Shown piece after piece: positions 12,039 through 19,677 of a stretch of 64,000 bases of DNA (the stretch's first letter is position 1; each line of letters begins with the position of its first letter). This stretch comes from an uncultured Verrucomicrobiae bacterium (GTDB lineage: Bacteria > Verrucomicrobiota > Verrucomicrobiia > Chthoniobacterales > Chthoniobacteraceae), in NCBI GenBank assembly GCA_963828525.1, contig CAWHEP010000005.1:157079-221078 (forward strand). The letters run 5' to 3'. Position numbers and translations under genes: made by a program. Under the pieces are notes generated by a model. That model saw only the letters and a program-made list of their open reading frames with translations. It made no database searches and was not told the DNA's origin.

Positions 12039-12096
12039 ACTAAATATGCAACTTGTTCCTGCCTGACACTTTCCACGTTCTGTTATTCAGGAGGAG
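12039..12096 (+). mobile_element. IS110 right end (intI-linked variant) without intI
   Basis: same sequence as 57961-58018. Confidence 0.85.
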
Positions 12097-12395
12097 GCGC
12101 TTTTGCGTCGTAACCGCCGTCGAATCCACGTCGGATTGCGGCGACAGTCAATGACGGCGCGGACACGAATGACATCTGTCTCGACGCGGTAATAGATCGC
12201 GAAAGGAAACCGGCTGGCGACACATCGGGGCGAGCCATAGACGATGCGGTGAATGCCAGCGTAGAGAAGCAAAGAGCCGATGTCGGCGAAAAGGGAATCG
12301 AGGAAATAGGAACCGAGTCCTGGCGACTGCTCCTCGTAGAAGTGAAAGCCGTCAACCAGATCATCCTTCGCGTCGTCAAGAACCTCGATCCTCAT
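12087..12395 (-). CDS. RelE/ParE family toxin
   Basis: FYEEQSPGLG..F, RFPFAIYY, AVIDCRRNP. Confidence 0.88.
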   Translation of the reverse strand: MRIEVLDDAKDDLVDGFHFYEEQSPGLGSYFLDSLFADIGSLLLYAGIHRIVYGSPRCVASRFPFAIYYRVETDVIRVRAVIDCRRNPTWIRRRLRRKSASS

Positions 12396-12610
12396 GACAC
12401 CCGCTTGCGGATGTCGGCCTTGGCCTCCTCCCAGTCAAAAAAACGCGCCTCGCCTGAGGCGATACGGCGCTCGCGCTCATCCAGCACATCGCGGTGCCAC
12501 TCGGGAGACTCGAGCGCATCGGCGTTGCGGCTCAGGTCTTCCCAAAGCGCTTCCATGAGTTGCAGTTTCTCTGAAACGGTCATGTCATTTAGTGGCAGTG
12601 TCACGGGCAT
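12392..12610 (-). CDS. addiction module antitoxin component
   Basis: EKLQLMEALWEDL...SPEWH...DWEEAK; ATGA overlap with toxin. Confidence 0.88.
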   Translation of the reverse strand: MPVTLPLNDMTVSEKLQLMEALWEDLSRNADALESPEWHRDVLDERERRIASGEARFFDWEEAKADIRKRVS

Positions 12611-12654
12611 GGGAAAACGATAGCGGAAATCGAATGCAAGGCGAGCCTTTTAGC

Positions 12655-12784
12655 CCCCAACGACATCAAGCTCAGCGACGGCGGAGGGCGGCTCAGACTG
12701 CGCGGAAAGGCGGCGGGGGCAGGTCTGCGGGTCTGAGGCACAGGCCGTGACGTGCGGAGCCGGTTAGCTCCATCGCATGGTTAG
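12655..12784 (-). repeat. attC site, R'' interrupted by an IS110 left-end remnant
   Basis: AAGCTCAGCGAC...GTTAGCTCCATCGCATGGTTAG. Confidence 0.8.
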
Positions 12785-12838
12785 CACCCGAAACAGTGAA
12801 GCTTTTGACGGCGCGTGAGTAACAGGGCTCGGTCCGGA
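12785..12838 (+). mobile_element. IS110 left-end remnant
   Basis: matches the start of the element at 19392. Confidence 0.85.
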
Positions 12839-12940
12839 TGGTGACGTCTCCGAAACGGAGGAGCCACGAATAATCCTTCTTCTCCAGTGCGTGCAAGAAT
12901 TTGCCAACAAGCGGATCGACTAGCGAAGACATGTTTAGTC

Positions 12941-12999
12941 GTCTAACGTATAAGATGCAGCGACGCCCGAAGGGCGTTCGTTGCATCGCCTAGTTAGAC
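12941..12999 (-). repeat. attC site (59 bp)
   Basis: GTCTAAC...GTTAGAC imperfect palindrome. Confidence 0.9.
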
Positions 13000-13006
13000 T
13001 CAATTT

Positions 13007-13234
13007 TCATTTTGTGAATATGACTACCGGGTAGCTAAATGATTTAAACTTCCATCCATCCGCAGCAAGCTTGTTGAGTATGGCCTCGTTATCGACTCCA
13101 GTATCTGTAACATATACTATCTTAAATTTGTCTGATATTGTTTTAGCTGGTGTGTCTGCATAGGAATGCTGAGACGAAAACAGCATCAACGCAGCCATAC
13201 AAATAATTGCAGTTAGAGTTAGTTTTATATTCAT
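13007..13234 (-). CDS. small secreted cassette protein (DUF4177-like C-terminus)
   Basis: signal peptide, LNKLAADGW; AT-rich. Confidence 0.6.
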   Translation of the reverse strand: MNIKLTLTAIICMAALMLFSSQHSYADTPAKTISDKFKIVYVTDTGVDNEAILNKLAADGWKFKSFSYPVVIFTK

Positions 13235-13353
13235 ATTTGGGTTTTAATTGAATCGCGTATTTTCATGTGAGTCTGACGAGAACAAGATCAGCTACAGGCG
13301 GAGCCCGGCGCGGTAGCTCCCACGGCGGGTCTGCGGGGAGCAGCTACCGTGAC

Positions 13354-14298
13354 GGCGGAGCGGCTGAGCGAGCAGCGGCGTCGACCCCGTTCAGGAGACT
13401 GACTCATTTTGTTCGGCGGCTGCCCCGTCATGCGCACTCAAGAATAGAACCAAATACCATGAGCCAACACAAACGAGAAAACTGCAAACGAAACAAGGCG
13501 GCAGCCGCCGCCACGCAGGGGGCGCTGGGCGCTGCCGTCCATCCCCACGCCGCCCGGGCTGTTGCGCGGCAGCTTCCGCCCGAAGAAGGAGATCCTCCCG
13601 CTGCGTTATCTCATGCGGCACCGTCACGACCTGATCGCGCAGGCTCGGCCTGTGCCCCGACAATCGGATCAGCGGCGGACGCATCCTCAAAGCTGGCACG
13701 CGCAAAGTCAGCAACCGTATCGCCAATATCCTGCGTATGGCCGCCAACGCGCTCGGGCGCGCCGACGGTCCGATGGGAGACTATGTCCGCCGTTTCAAGG
13801 GACGACTCGGCAAAGCCGAGGGCATCGTGGCGGGCGCGCCCACAAACTCGCCCGGATCATCCAGGAGACTGTTGAAGAACTGGGGCATGTCGCGCGAGAG
13901 CAATTTGGGGCGTATGGCAAGGCGCGAGCGACGCGCATACCCGCTGCGGTCTGTAAGGAGCGAGCAACACCGCCAGACGCCCCAATGTGCTCTCGCCCTT
14001 CGGGTTGCGCCGATTTTTGAGTTGCGCGGCGTTGCTCGTCAGTCACAGACCCCAGCGGGTATGCTCCCCTCCTCACGCCTTGCACAACTCAATAATCGGA
14101 AGCAACGCGACATGTCCCAGTTCTTCAACAGTCTCCTCGGCCATGATCGTTTCCGGCCAGCCCTACGATGAAAAAAAAGCTTCTCAAACCAGCCCCGCCA
14201 GCGCCGCGCGCCGCCTCAAACACCTGCAAAACCAAGCCAAAGCACTAAATATGCAACTTGTTCCTGCCTAACAACTTCCACGTTCTGTTATTCAGGAG
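13354..14298 (+). mobile_element. deleted IS110 derivative in attC, containing a MITE
   Basis: colinear pieces of the 19392-21413 element; ends TTCAGGAG. Confidence 0.9.
13865..14135. mobile_element. MITE with ~30-bp terminal inverted repeats
   Basis: GAGACTGTTGAAGAACTGGGGCATGTCGCG ... CGCGACATGTCCCAGTTCTTCAACAGTCTC. Confidence 0.85.
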
Positions 14299-14312
14299 GC
14301 GTTCGCGTGGCT

Positions 14313-14939
14313 TCAGTGAAAGCGTTCAAGTCCATCCCATGATGAGCGGGTAGGCTCACGAAGTCGAGGATCAGCGAGGCCAACCTCCTCAAGCGTGTAA
14401 TGCCAACGTGCGCAGTTGCAGGGCTGACAAACGATAATCGTGTTGTCGAGGCTGCTGGTTCCGCCGCGTGAGTGAGGTAGAACATGATCAGGCACTGCGT
14501 CCATGAGCTGAAAGGCTGTGTGCTGCTCGACGTTCTTCCCGCCCCAGCGCAGTGCATCAGGATAAGCTTTGCGAATGCGCTTTCTGACTTCCTTGCGGAT
14601 CACTGGTACGCCGCACACCCTGCAATGATAACCGTCGCGCTGGAACAGCGCGACTTCCTGCGCTGGCGTCGGCATCCGCTCTTTTGAGTCGCGTGCATTA
14701 ACGGAGTGCGCCGGCGCGTCAGCGACGGCGCGATACTGCACATGAGGGCTCTTTGCGCCCCAAAGCGACTCAGTGTAGGCGCGGAGCACAGGCATATCCG
14801 CAAGGCGGATAAGCTGCTCGGCGACATCTCGGCTGCCCATCAGGTGCGCGGTAACCCCCGCGTCGAGAAGGCGCGCCGCATCCGCAATCTCACGGATCGG
14901 CTCCCGGAATCGTTGACGGTCGACTGCGAGTGGCTGCAT
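14313..14939 (-). CDS. HNH endonuclease cassette protein
   Basis: RDGYHCRVCG...DHVLPHSRGG...N...CQPCN. Confidence 0.9.
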   Translation of the reverse strand: MQPLAVDRQRFREPIREIADAARLLDAGVTAHLMGSRDVAEQLIRLADMPVLRAYTESLWGAKSPHVQYRAVADAPAHSVNARDSKERMPTPAQEVALFQRDGYHCRVCGVPVIRKEVRKRIRKAYPDALRWGGKNVEQHTAFQLMDAVPDHVLPHSRGGTSSLDNTIIVCQPCNCARWHYTLEEVGLADPRLREPTRSSWDGLERFH

Positions 14940-14942
14940 AAC

Positions 14943-15045
14943 GCCTAACGCCTCCAAGCTCAGCGACGGGCCATGGCGAGGTCAAGCGTCGAACCCGGAA
15001 AAAGCTCAGCCGCCATGGCCCGTTCGCTGGAGCGCGTTGTTAGGC
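14943..15045 (-). repeat. attC site
   Basis: GCCTAAC...GTTAGGC with paired arms. Confidence 0.92.
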
Positions 15046-15573
15046 GCAGTGGGTGCCTTCGCCTCTCGGACCCATGCGGGAATGGTGTGCAAAGCTGGTG
15101 TGACGGTATCAATGATCCGCCGGGCTTCTGCATCCTCTGGCTTGTTGGTCTCCACACCCAGAAGCCGCCCTTCTGAGGCTTGCCTTTGTTCGTCCCTCGT
15201 GGCTCCATCGTGCGACTCGAAAGCAAAGTGGTCGCTGCTGACCTGATCGACTTGGTACACCAGCCGCCTGCCGACAAACTTCTGGAAGAACGCAGATGTG
15301 CTCCCGGCGAGTGTCTCGGAGTATCGCTTGCCATGCAGCTTCCAGCGACCCCAAGCAACCACAATCTCGGCCCCCTTGGACGGATCAAAATCGAGGGCGA
15401 AATACTGCTTCTCGGCAAAACGACCATCGGCGAAACGGTCGATGATCCAGTACCCGGTCGGTGCAGTATCCGAACGCCAGCGACCTACCAACAAATCGCT
15501 TTGGCCCGCCAGCGCCGGGTCCTGCGGCAAACACTATCAGGAAAACCACAAAGAATTGATGAACGCGGTTCAT
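15006..15573 (-). CDS. secreted hypothetical cassette protein (frameshift near 15520; 3' end uncertain)
   Basis: signal peptide MNRVHQFFVVFLIVFAA then LVGRW domain in another frame. Confidence 0.55.
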
Positions 15574-15581
15574 GATTCAGC

Positions 15582-15683
15582 GCCTAACGAACTCAAGCTC
15601 AGCGACGGAGGCTGGCGACGCAAGGCGTGGAATACAAGAAAAGCCCCCCGCCAGCCTCCGTTCGCTGGAGCGCGTTGTTAGGC
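15582..15683 (-). repeat. attC site
   Basis: GCCTAAC...GAGGCTGGCG/CGCCAGCCTC...GTTAGGC. Confidence 0.92.
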
Positions 15684-15977
15684 GACCTTGCGCCAACGGG
15701 CACACGTCTGAGGCTCCCCAAAGATGTTCGGGGAACCCACTGCATCCTCGATCTGCGTGACCAGGTCTGGATGCCGCTGTAACTGTGCGGAAAGGATGGC
15801 GTGGACTTGGCGGAAAGGCTCGCCAGACCTGTAGCTGTGCAGAGCCTCGACGTAATCGACCTGATGCTGCTGGGCGAGACGCAGGATGAACTCGTGGCTC
15901 GAAAACTCGTCACTGAGTATCTGAGCGATGATCTCGGGATAGTGACTGTACAGTGCTTGTAGGTCGTGGAGTGCCAT
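15678..15977 (-). CDS. hypothetical cassette protein
   Basis: fills the cassette; stop codon lies in attC R''. Confidence 0.75.
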   Translation of the reverse strand: MALHDLQALYSHYPEIIAQILSDEFSSHEFILRLAQQHQVDYVEALHSYRSGEPFRQVHAILSAQLQRHPDLVTQIEDAVGSPNIFGEPQTCARWRKVA

Positions 15978-16020
15978 AATGAGGGTTGGAGTGAATGAAT
16001 TGGATGAAACGCGTCCGGTC

Positions 16021-16149
16021 GCCTAACGAGACCAAGATAAGCTACGGCCACTGGGACAAAGACAAGACCGCAGTGAAAGGCAACTAGCGCCCAGAAAAGC
16101 ATCTCCAAGGCGCACCGCAGTGGCCGTTAGCTTCATCGTTTGGTTAGGC
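16021..16149 (-). repeat. attC site
   Basis: GCCTAAC...GGCCACTG/CAGTGGCC...GTTAGGC. Confidence 0.9.
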
Positions 16150-16221
16150 GCAGCGGCGGATAACATGAAAAGCGTAGAACTAGAATGACTAAATGCGTGG
16201 ATCGCGAAGGGTGCATCCAAA

Positions 16222-16533
16222 CTATCTCTTCCGCAAATTGTCGTTGGCGTTTTTGGTGAGCAAAAAGAAAACCGTGAAAACGCTGAAGAACAAGCCGAGG
16301 AAAAACCAGAGCCATGCGCTGCGTCCGGTGTTCTGCGCCCAGAGCGCGCAAAAGGCACCGAATAGAATCAAAACCAAGCCGGTATCGCCAGCGTCTTTAA
16401 CGTCATGGTCCAGCTTGGCCATGTGCTGCTCTAGCTGTGAGATGCGGTAGCTATCGGTCTGTTGTGCTGGTGCGACCCTCGTAATGCAGGTGAGCAACAA
16501 GGCGATGATAAGAAAGAGCCGGGTGGGTTTCAT
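16222..16533 (-). CDS. small membrane cassette protein (first cassette)
   Basis: signal peptide plus two TM segments. Confidence 0.7.
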   Translation of the reverse strand: MKPTRLFLIIALLLTCITRVAPAQQTDSYRISQLEQHMAKLDHDVKDAGDTGLVLILFGAFCALWAQNTGRSAWLWFFLGLFFSVFTVFFLLTKNANDNLRKR

Positions 16534-16551
16534 AAACGATGTGGTAGCGGC

Positions 16552-16620
16552 GCCTAACAAGATTTAGGCGAAAGTCCGTTTCGTCTATTTCTCCAGGTAA
16601 TTCTGTAAGCATTGCATTTC
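16552..16620 (-). other. attI site (long allele)
   Basis: minus strand CGCCTAAATCTTGTTAGGC; conserved in front of all five intI, with identity ending at the GTT crossover. Confidence 0.85.
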
Positions 16621-16664
16621 GGCTGGCAGTCAGGAATGCGTCGTGGTAAAGCGAAGACACGCCG

Positions 16665-17645
16665 ATGATGCTCCCATATCAAAACGAAGCTCACAAGCCG
16701 AAACTTCTCGACCGGGTTCGGGAGTTGATGCGCCTCAAGCATTACAGCCTGCGCACCGAAAAGACATACGGAGAATGGATTCGCCGTTACATCCTCTACC
16801 ACGGCAGGCGGCATCCTCGCGAGATGGGCGCGGAGGAGGTCACCGCGTTTCTGACCCATCTCGCCGCTGAGAGGGATGTCGCGGCCTCGACGCAAAACCA
16901 GGCGCTCAGCGCCCTGCTGTTTCTCTACGGCGAGGTCCTCGATGTGAAGCTGCCCTGGCTGGGTGAAATCCAACGGGTAACCCGCCCCGCCAGGCTGCCG
17001 GTGGTCCTGACCCGGGAAGAAGCCAGGAGCGTCCTCGCGTGCCTTCGGGGCGAATACCGGCTGATGGCCGACCTGCTCTACGGGAGCGGGTTGCGGCTCC
17101 TGGAGTGTCTGCGGCTGCGAGTGAAGGATGTGGATTTTGGCTATCTGCAAATCACGGTGCGTGAGGGGAAAGGGGGCAAGGACCGCGTGACCGTGCTGCC
17201 CGTCAGCCTGGCGCCAGCGATTCGCGAGCATCTGGAGGCGGTGAAAAAGCTGCACGCGGCCGATCTGGCCGCCGGGTTTGGCCGGGTGATGCTGCCCGAG
17301 GCGCTGGAGCGCAAATATCCGAAGGCTCCGCGGGAATGGGCCTGGCAATGGGTGTTTCCGGCAGCCCAGCTTTCCACCGATCCCGTGACGGGAATCAAGC
17401 GGCGGCATCATGCGCTGGAAAAGAACCTCCAGAATGCTGTGAAAGCGGCCGCGCGAAAGTCGGGCATCGCAAAGCATGTGACGCCGCACGTCTTCCGGCA
17501 CAGCTTTGCCACGCATCTGCTGGAGGCGGGCTATGACATCCGCACCGTGCAGGAACTGCTTGGGCATAAAGAGGTGAGCACCACGATGATCTACACGCAC
17601 GTCTTGAACCGCCCTGGCCTGGCGGTGCGCTCGCCGCTGGATTAA
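16665..17645 (+). CDS. intI: integron integrase (copy 1)
   Basis: tyrosine recombinase R/HxxR/H/Y plus the IntI-specific insertion [10 protein letters not shown]...WAWQWVFP. Confidence 0.97.
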   Translation: MMLPYQNEAHKPKLLDRVRELMRLKHYSLRTEKTYGEWIRRYILYHGRRHPREMGAEEVTAFLTHLAAERDVAASTQNQALSALLFLYGEVLDVKLPWLGEIQRVTRPARLPVVLTREEARSVLACLRGEYRLMADLLYGSGLRLLECLRLRVKDVDFGYLQITVREGKGGKDRVTVLPVSLAPAIREHLEAVKKLHAADLAAGFGRVMLPEALERKYPKAPREWAWQWVFPAAQLSTDPVTGIKRRHHALEKNLQNAVKAAARKSGIAKHVTPHVFRHSFATHLLEAGYDIRTVQELLGHKEVSTTMIYTHVLNRPGLAVRSPLD

Positions 17646-17692
17646 AAACGCGTGGCCGGTTGATTGAGGAGTCTGTCTTTGCAACTAAATAT

Positions 17693-17750
17693 ACTAAATA
17701 TGCAACTTGTTCCTGCCTGACACTTTCCACGTTCTGTTATTCAGGAGGAG
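17693..17750 (+). mobile_element. IS110 right end fused downstream of intI
   Basis: ACTAAATATGCAACTTGTTCCTGCC...TTATTCAGGAGGAG; matches 21359-21413. Confidence 0.88.
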
Positions 17751-17753
17751 CTT

Positions 17754-18056
17754 TTAGTGTCGGAGACGTCGTAATATCTGCTGCTCATCCTTTCGTAAGT
17801 CGAGAATCGCGGTAACTAAAATTCGCGTGGGCTGAGGCTCGTAAAAGATACCGTATGGAAATCTCTGAATCACCTGTCGGCGAACGCTCTCAAAGTAGAT
17901 TAGTGCGATCTCAGGAAAAACAGCGATACGAGCGAGATAAGCGTCAACGACTGTCATGAACTCCATGCCGAATCCATCTCTGTAATCTTCAAATCGGTCG
18001 AAGGTCTCCTGCAAATCGGCATCTGCTCCTGAGAGGAACTCGACGCGCAGACTCAT
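17754..18056 (-). CDS. RelE/ParE family toxin
   Basis: ADADLQE, RFPYGIFY, AILDLR. Confidence 0.88.
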   Translation of the reverse strand: MSLRVEFLSGADADLQETFDRFEDYRDGFGMEFMTVVDAYLARIAVFPEIALIYFESVRRQVIQRFPYGIFYEPQPTRILVTAILDLRKDEQQILRRLRH

Positions 18057-18274
18057 CGCGATGCGAGAATGCGCGCCTTAACGTCCTCCCATGCAACTGC
18101 GTCTTCGGGGTGCTGGCGGTAATGCTCCAGGCGCTCTCGAAGAAGCTTGATATGGTCCTCCCGTGGCGGAAAAGCGTTGGGTTGAGCAGCAAGCTCATCC
18201 CAAAGCTCGCCGACAAGAATCAGCTTCTCCTCTGGTGAGAGGCTCTTCAGTTCCGGGATTGTTTCTGCGATCAT
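18053..18274 (-). CDS. addiction module antitoxin component
   Basis: LSPEEKLILVGELWDEL...WEDVKAR; ATGA overlap. Confidence 0.88.
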   Translation of the reverse strand: MIAETIPELKSLSPEEKLILVGELWDELAAQPNAFPPREDHIKLLRERLEHYRQHPEDAVAWEDVKARILASR

Positions 18275-18349
18275 GCGTGAACCCTCGTTTAAGAAAGCCG
18301 TTCGCTCAAGATTAAAGCGTGTGCGGCTCAGCGCCCTACGGGTTGCGCC

Positions 18350-18378
18350 GCCTAACGAGAACAAGATCATGTTTAGGC
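18350..18378 (-). repeat. collapsed attC (29 bp)
   Basis: GCCTAACGAGAACAAGATCATGTTTAGGC: both ends of an attC with the centre missing. Confidence 0.7.
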
Positions 18379-18583
18379 GCTTCGGTCATGGCTTTGTGCT
18401 TGAGCTAGTCTCCGTTCCTCACCAGCGGCATAGCTTACGAGGTGCTTTCCATACCAGCGTAAAAGTAGGAAATGCAAGTCTTGTCGGCGATGTGTGGCCT
18501 CGCCACTGAGAGTCTGCGGCAAAGACGCGCTCCGTCATTCGTTTGGTTGAGAGACCCTTGTTCACGAGGATAGCGTGCTATGC

Positions 18584-18714
18584 GCCAAACGACCCCAATC
18601 TCAGCGACTGCGGAGGGCGGCGCAGCCTGTACGGAAAGGCAGCTGGGGCAGGTCTGCGGGCGGAAGCACAGGCTGTGACGCCCGGAGCAGTTCGCTTGCA
18701 GCGCATGGTTCGGC
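18584..18714 (-). repeat. attC site
   Basis: GCCAAAC...GTTCGGC, same family as 12655-12784. Confidence 0.82.
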
Positions 18715-18741
18715 GACGTTCGTTGTGCCGGAGTGAGATCA

Positions 18742-19263
18742 TCAGGTAGTGGAAGAGAAGAAATAGTCGGAAAACGCGTCGAGCTGCTCCAGATAAAAGT
18801 CGGTCTCGAGACGGTCTTCATCGTCGAACTGACCTATAACGAAGTTGAGGTATTGAATGATGATCGACTCACTCAACTCTTTACCGCAGTCCATCAATTC
18901 TTCTGTGAACTTCGCTGACAACGGACTTAGCCGGGTCTGATGGAGAACGCCGCTAGTCGCGTCGGAAATTTGTTGTTCTAGCTTTCGTGCGACGTTGCGA
19001 AGGATTCGCCTCCGAGCGGCGAGAACGTCCAATACCTCCTTGAGAGGGACGTCGTAACAGTTGCCGGTCCAAGAGTGAATCTCCCACCCCGTGTGCTCAA
19101 ACTCCGTGAGGATAACGCAGTGAACCTGGAATGACTCTCCAAAAGTCCGGTGGTGACGAAGGGACTCCACCTCGTCGCCGAAGAACGCTTCTACCTCATC
19201 ATCGCGTGAATCGGTGATCCGAATGCCGTCGTCGTGCTCCCACCAGGACAGGGAAAGGCTCAT
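18742..19263 (-). CDS. hypothetical cassette protein
   Basis: 173-aa ORF between attC sites; duplicated at 59008-59530. Confidence 0.75.
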   Translation of the reverse strand: MSLSLSWWEHDDGIRITDSRDDEVEAFFGDEVESLRHHRTFGESFQVHCVILTEFEHTGWEIHSWTGNCYDVPLKEVLDVLAARRRILRNVARKLEQQISDATSGVLHQTRLSPLSAKFTEELMDCGKELSESIIIQYLNFVIGQFDDEDRLETDFYLEQLDAFSDYFFSSTT

Positions 19264-19277
19264 GCGTGCGCTAAGTC

Positions 19278-19391
19278 GCCGAACGACGAGCCCAAGCTCC
19301 GCGACGGCGGAGGCTGGCGCGATGGCTGCGCGGGCGAAGGCAGGAACAGCCAGCGTGACAGCCGGAGCCGTTCGCTACAGCGCATGGTTAG
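19278..19391 (-). repeat. attC site, R'' interrupted by IS110
   Basis: GCCGAAC...GTTCGCTACAGCGCATGGTTAG; remainder GCG at 21414. Confidence 0.85.
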
Positions 19392-19464
19392 CACCCGAAA
19401 AAGTGAAGCTTTTGACGGCGCGTGAGTAACAGGGTTTTACTCCGGGACGCGCTGTGATAGAGCC

Positions 19465-19660
19465 TTGGGTGCGTGTGGCGGGAAGGTAGGCCGGAATGCC
19501 AATGGTGGTGCGGCGATGAGCCGTGACCCCGTGGGTTAGCATGGCCGCAGCCCCCGCGAGACGACCATTGGTGGCGGAGCGGCTGCGCGAGCAGCAGCGC
19601 CGACCCCGTTCAGGAGACTGACTCATTTTGTTCGGCGGCTGCCCCGTCATGCGCACTCAA
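19465..19660 (+). ncRNA. putative bridge/seek-type guide RNA of the IS110 element
   Basis: 18-bp closing stem with G-U pairs, nested stems, target- and donor-matching segments. Confidence 0.7.
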
Positions 19661-19677
19661 GAATAGAACCAAATACC

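Larger units (their letters stand above)
10874..16620 (-). mobile_element. integron cassette array 1
   Basis: co-oriented small ORFs separated by attC palindromes, ending at attI next to intI. Confidence 0.93.

Noticed and set aside
14943..16149. Repeats with unique spacers that could suggest a CRISPR array
   Set aside because: Repeats are 59-190-bp attC palindromes, the spacers are whole genes, and there are no cas genes.
16554..17684. Long antisense ORFs over each intI (also 26451-27635, 56891-57877, 63076-63879)
   Set aside because: Shadow frames of a GC-rich gene; their ends vary with the flanks and they show no recognisable motifs.
18379..18583. Apparently ORF-less cassette (also 58647-58850) as a possible ncRNA cassette
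   Set aside because: Holds only a ~40-codon ORF, has no convincing structure and sits next to a collapsed attC; decay is the simpler explanation.
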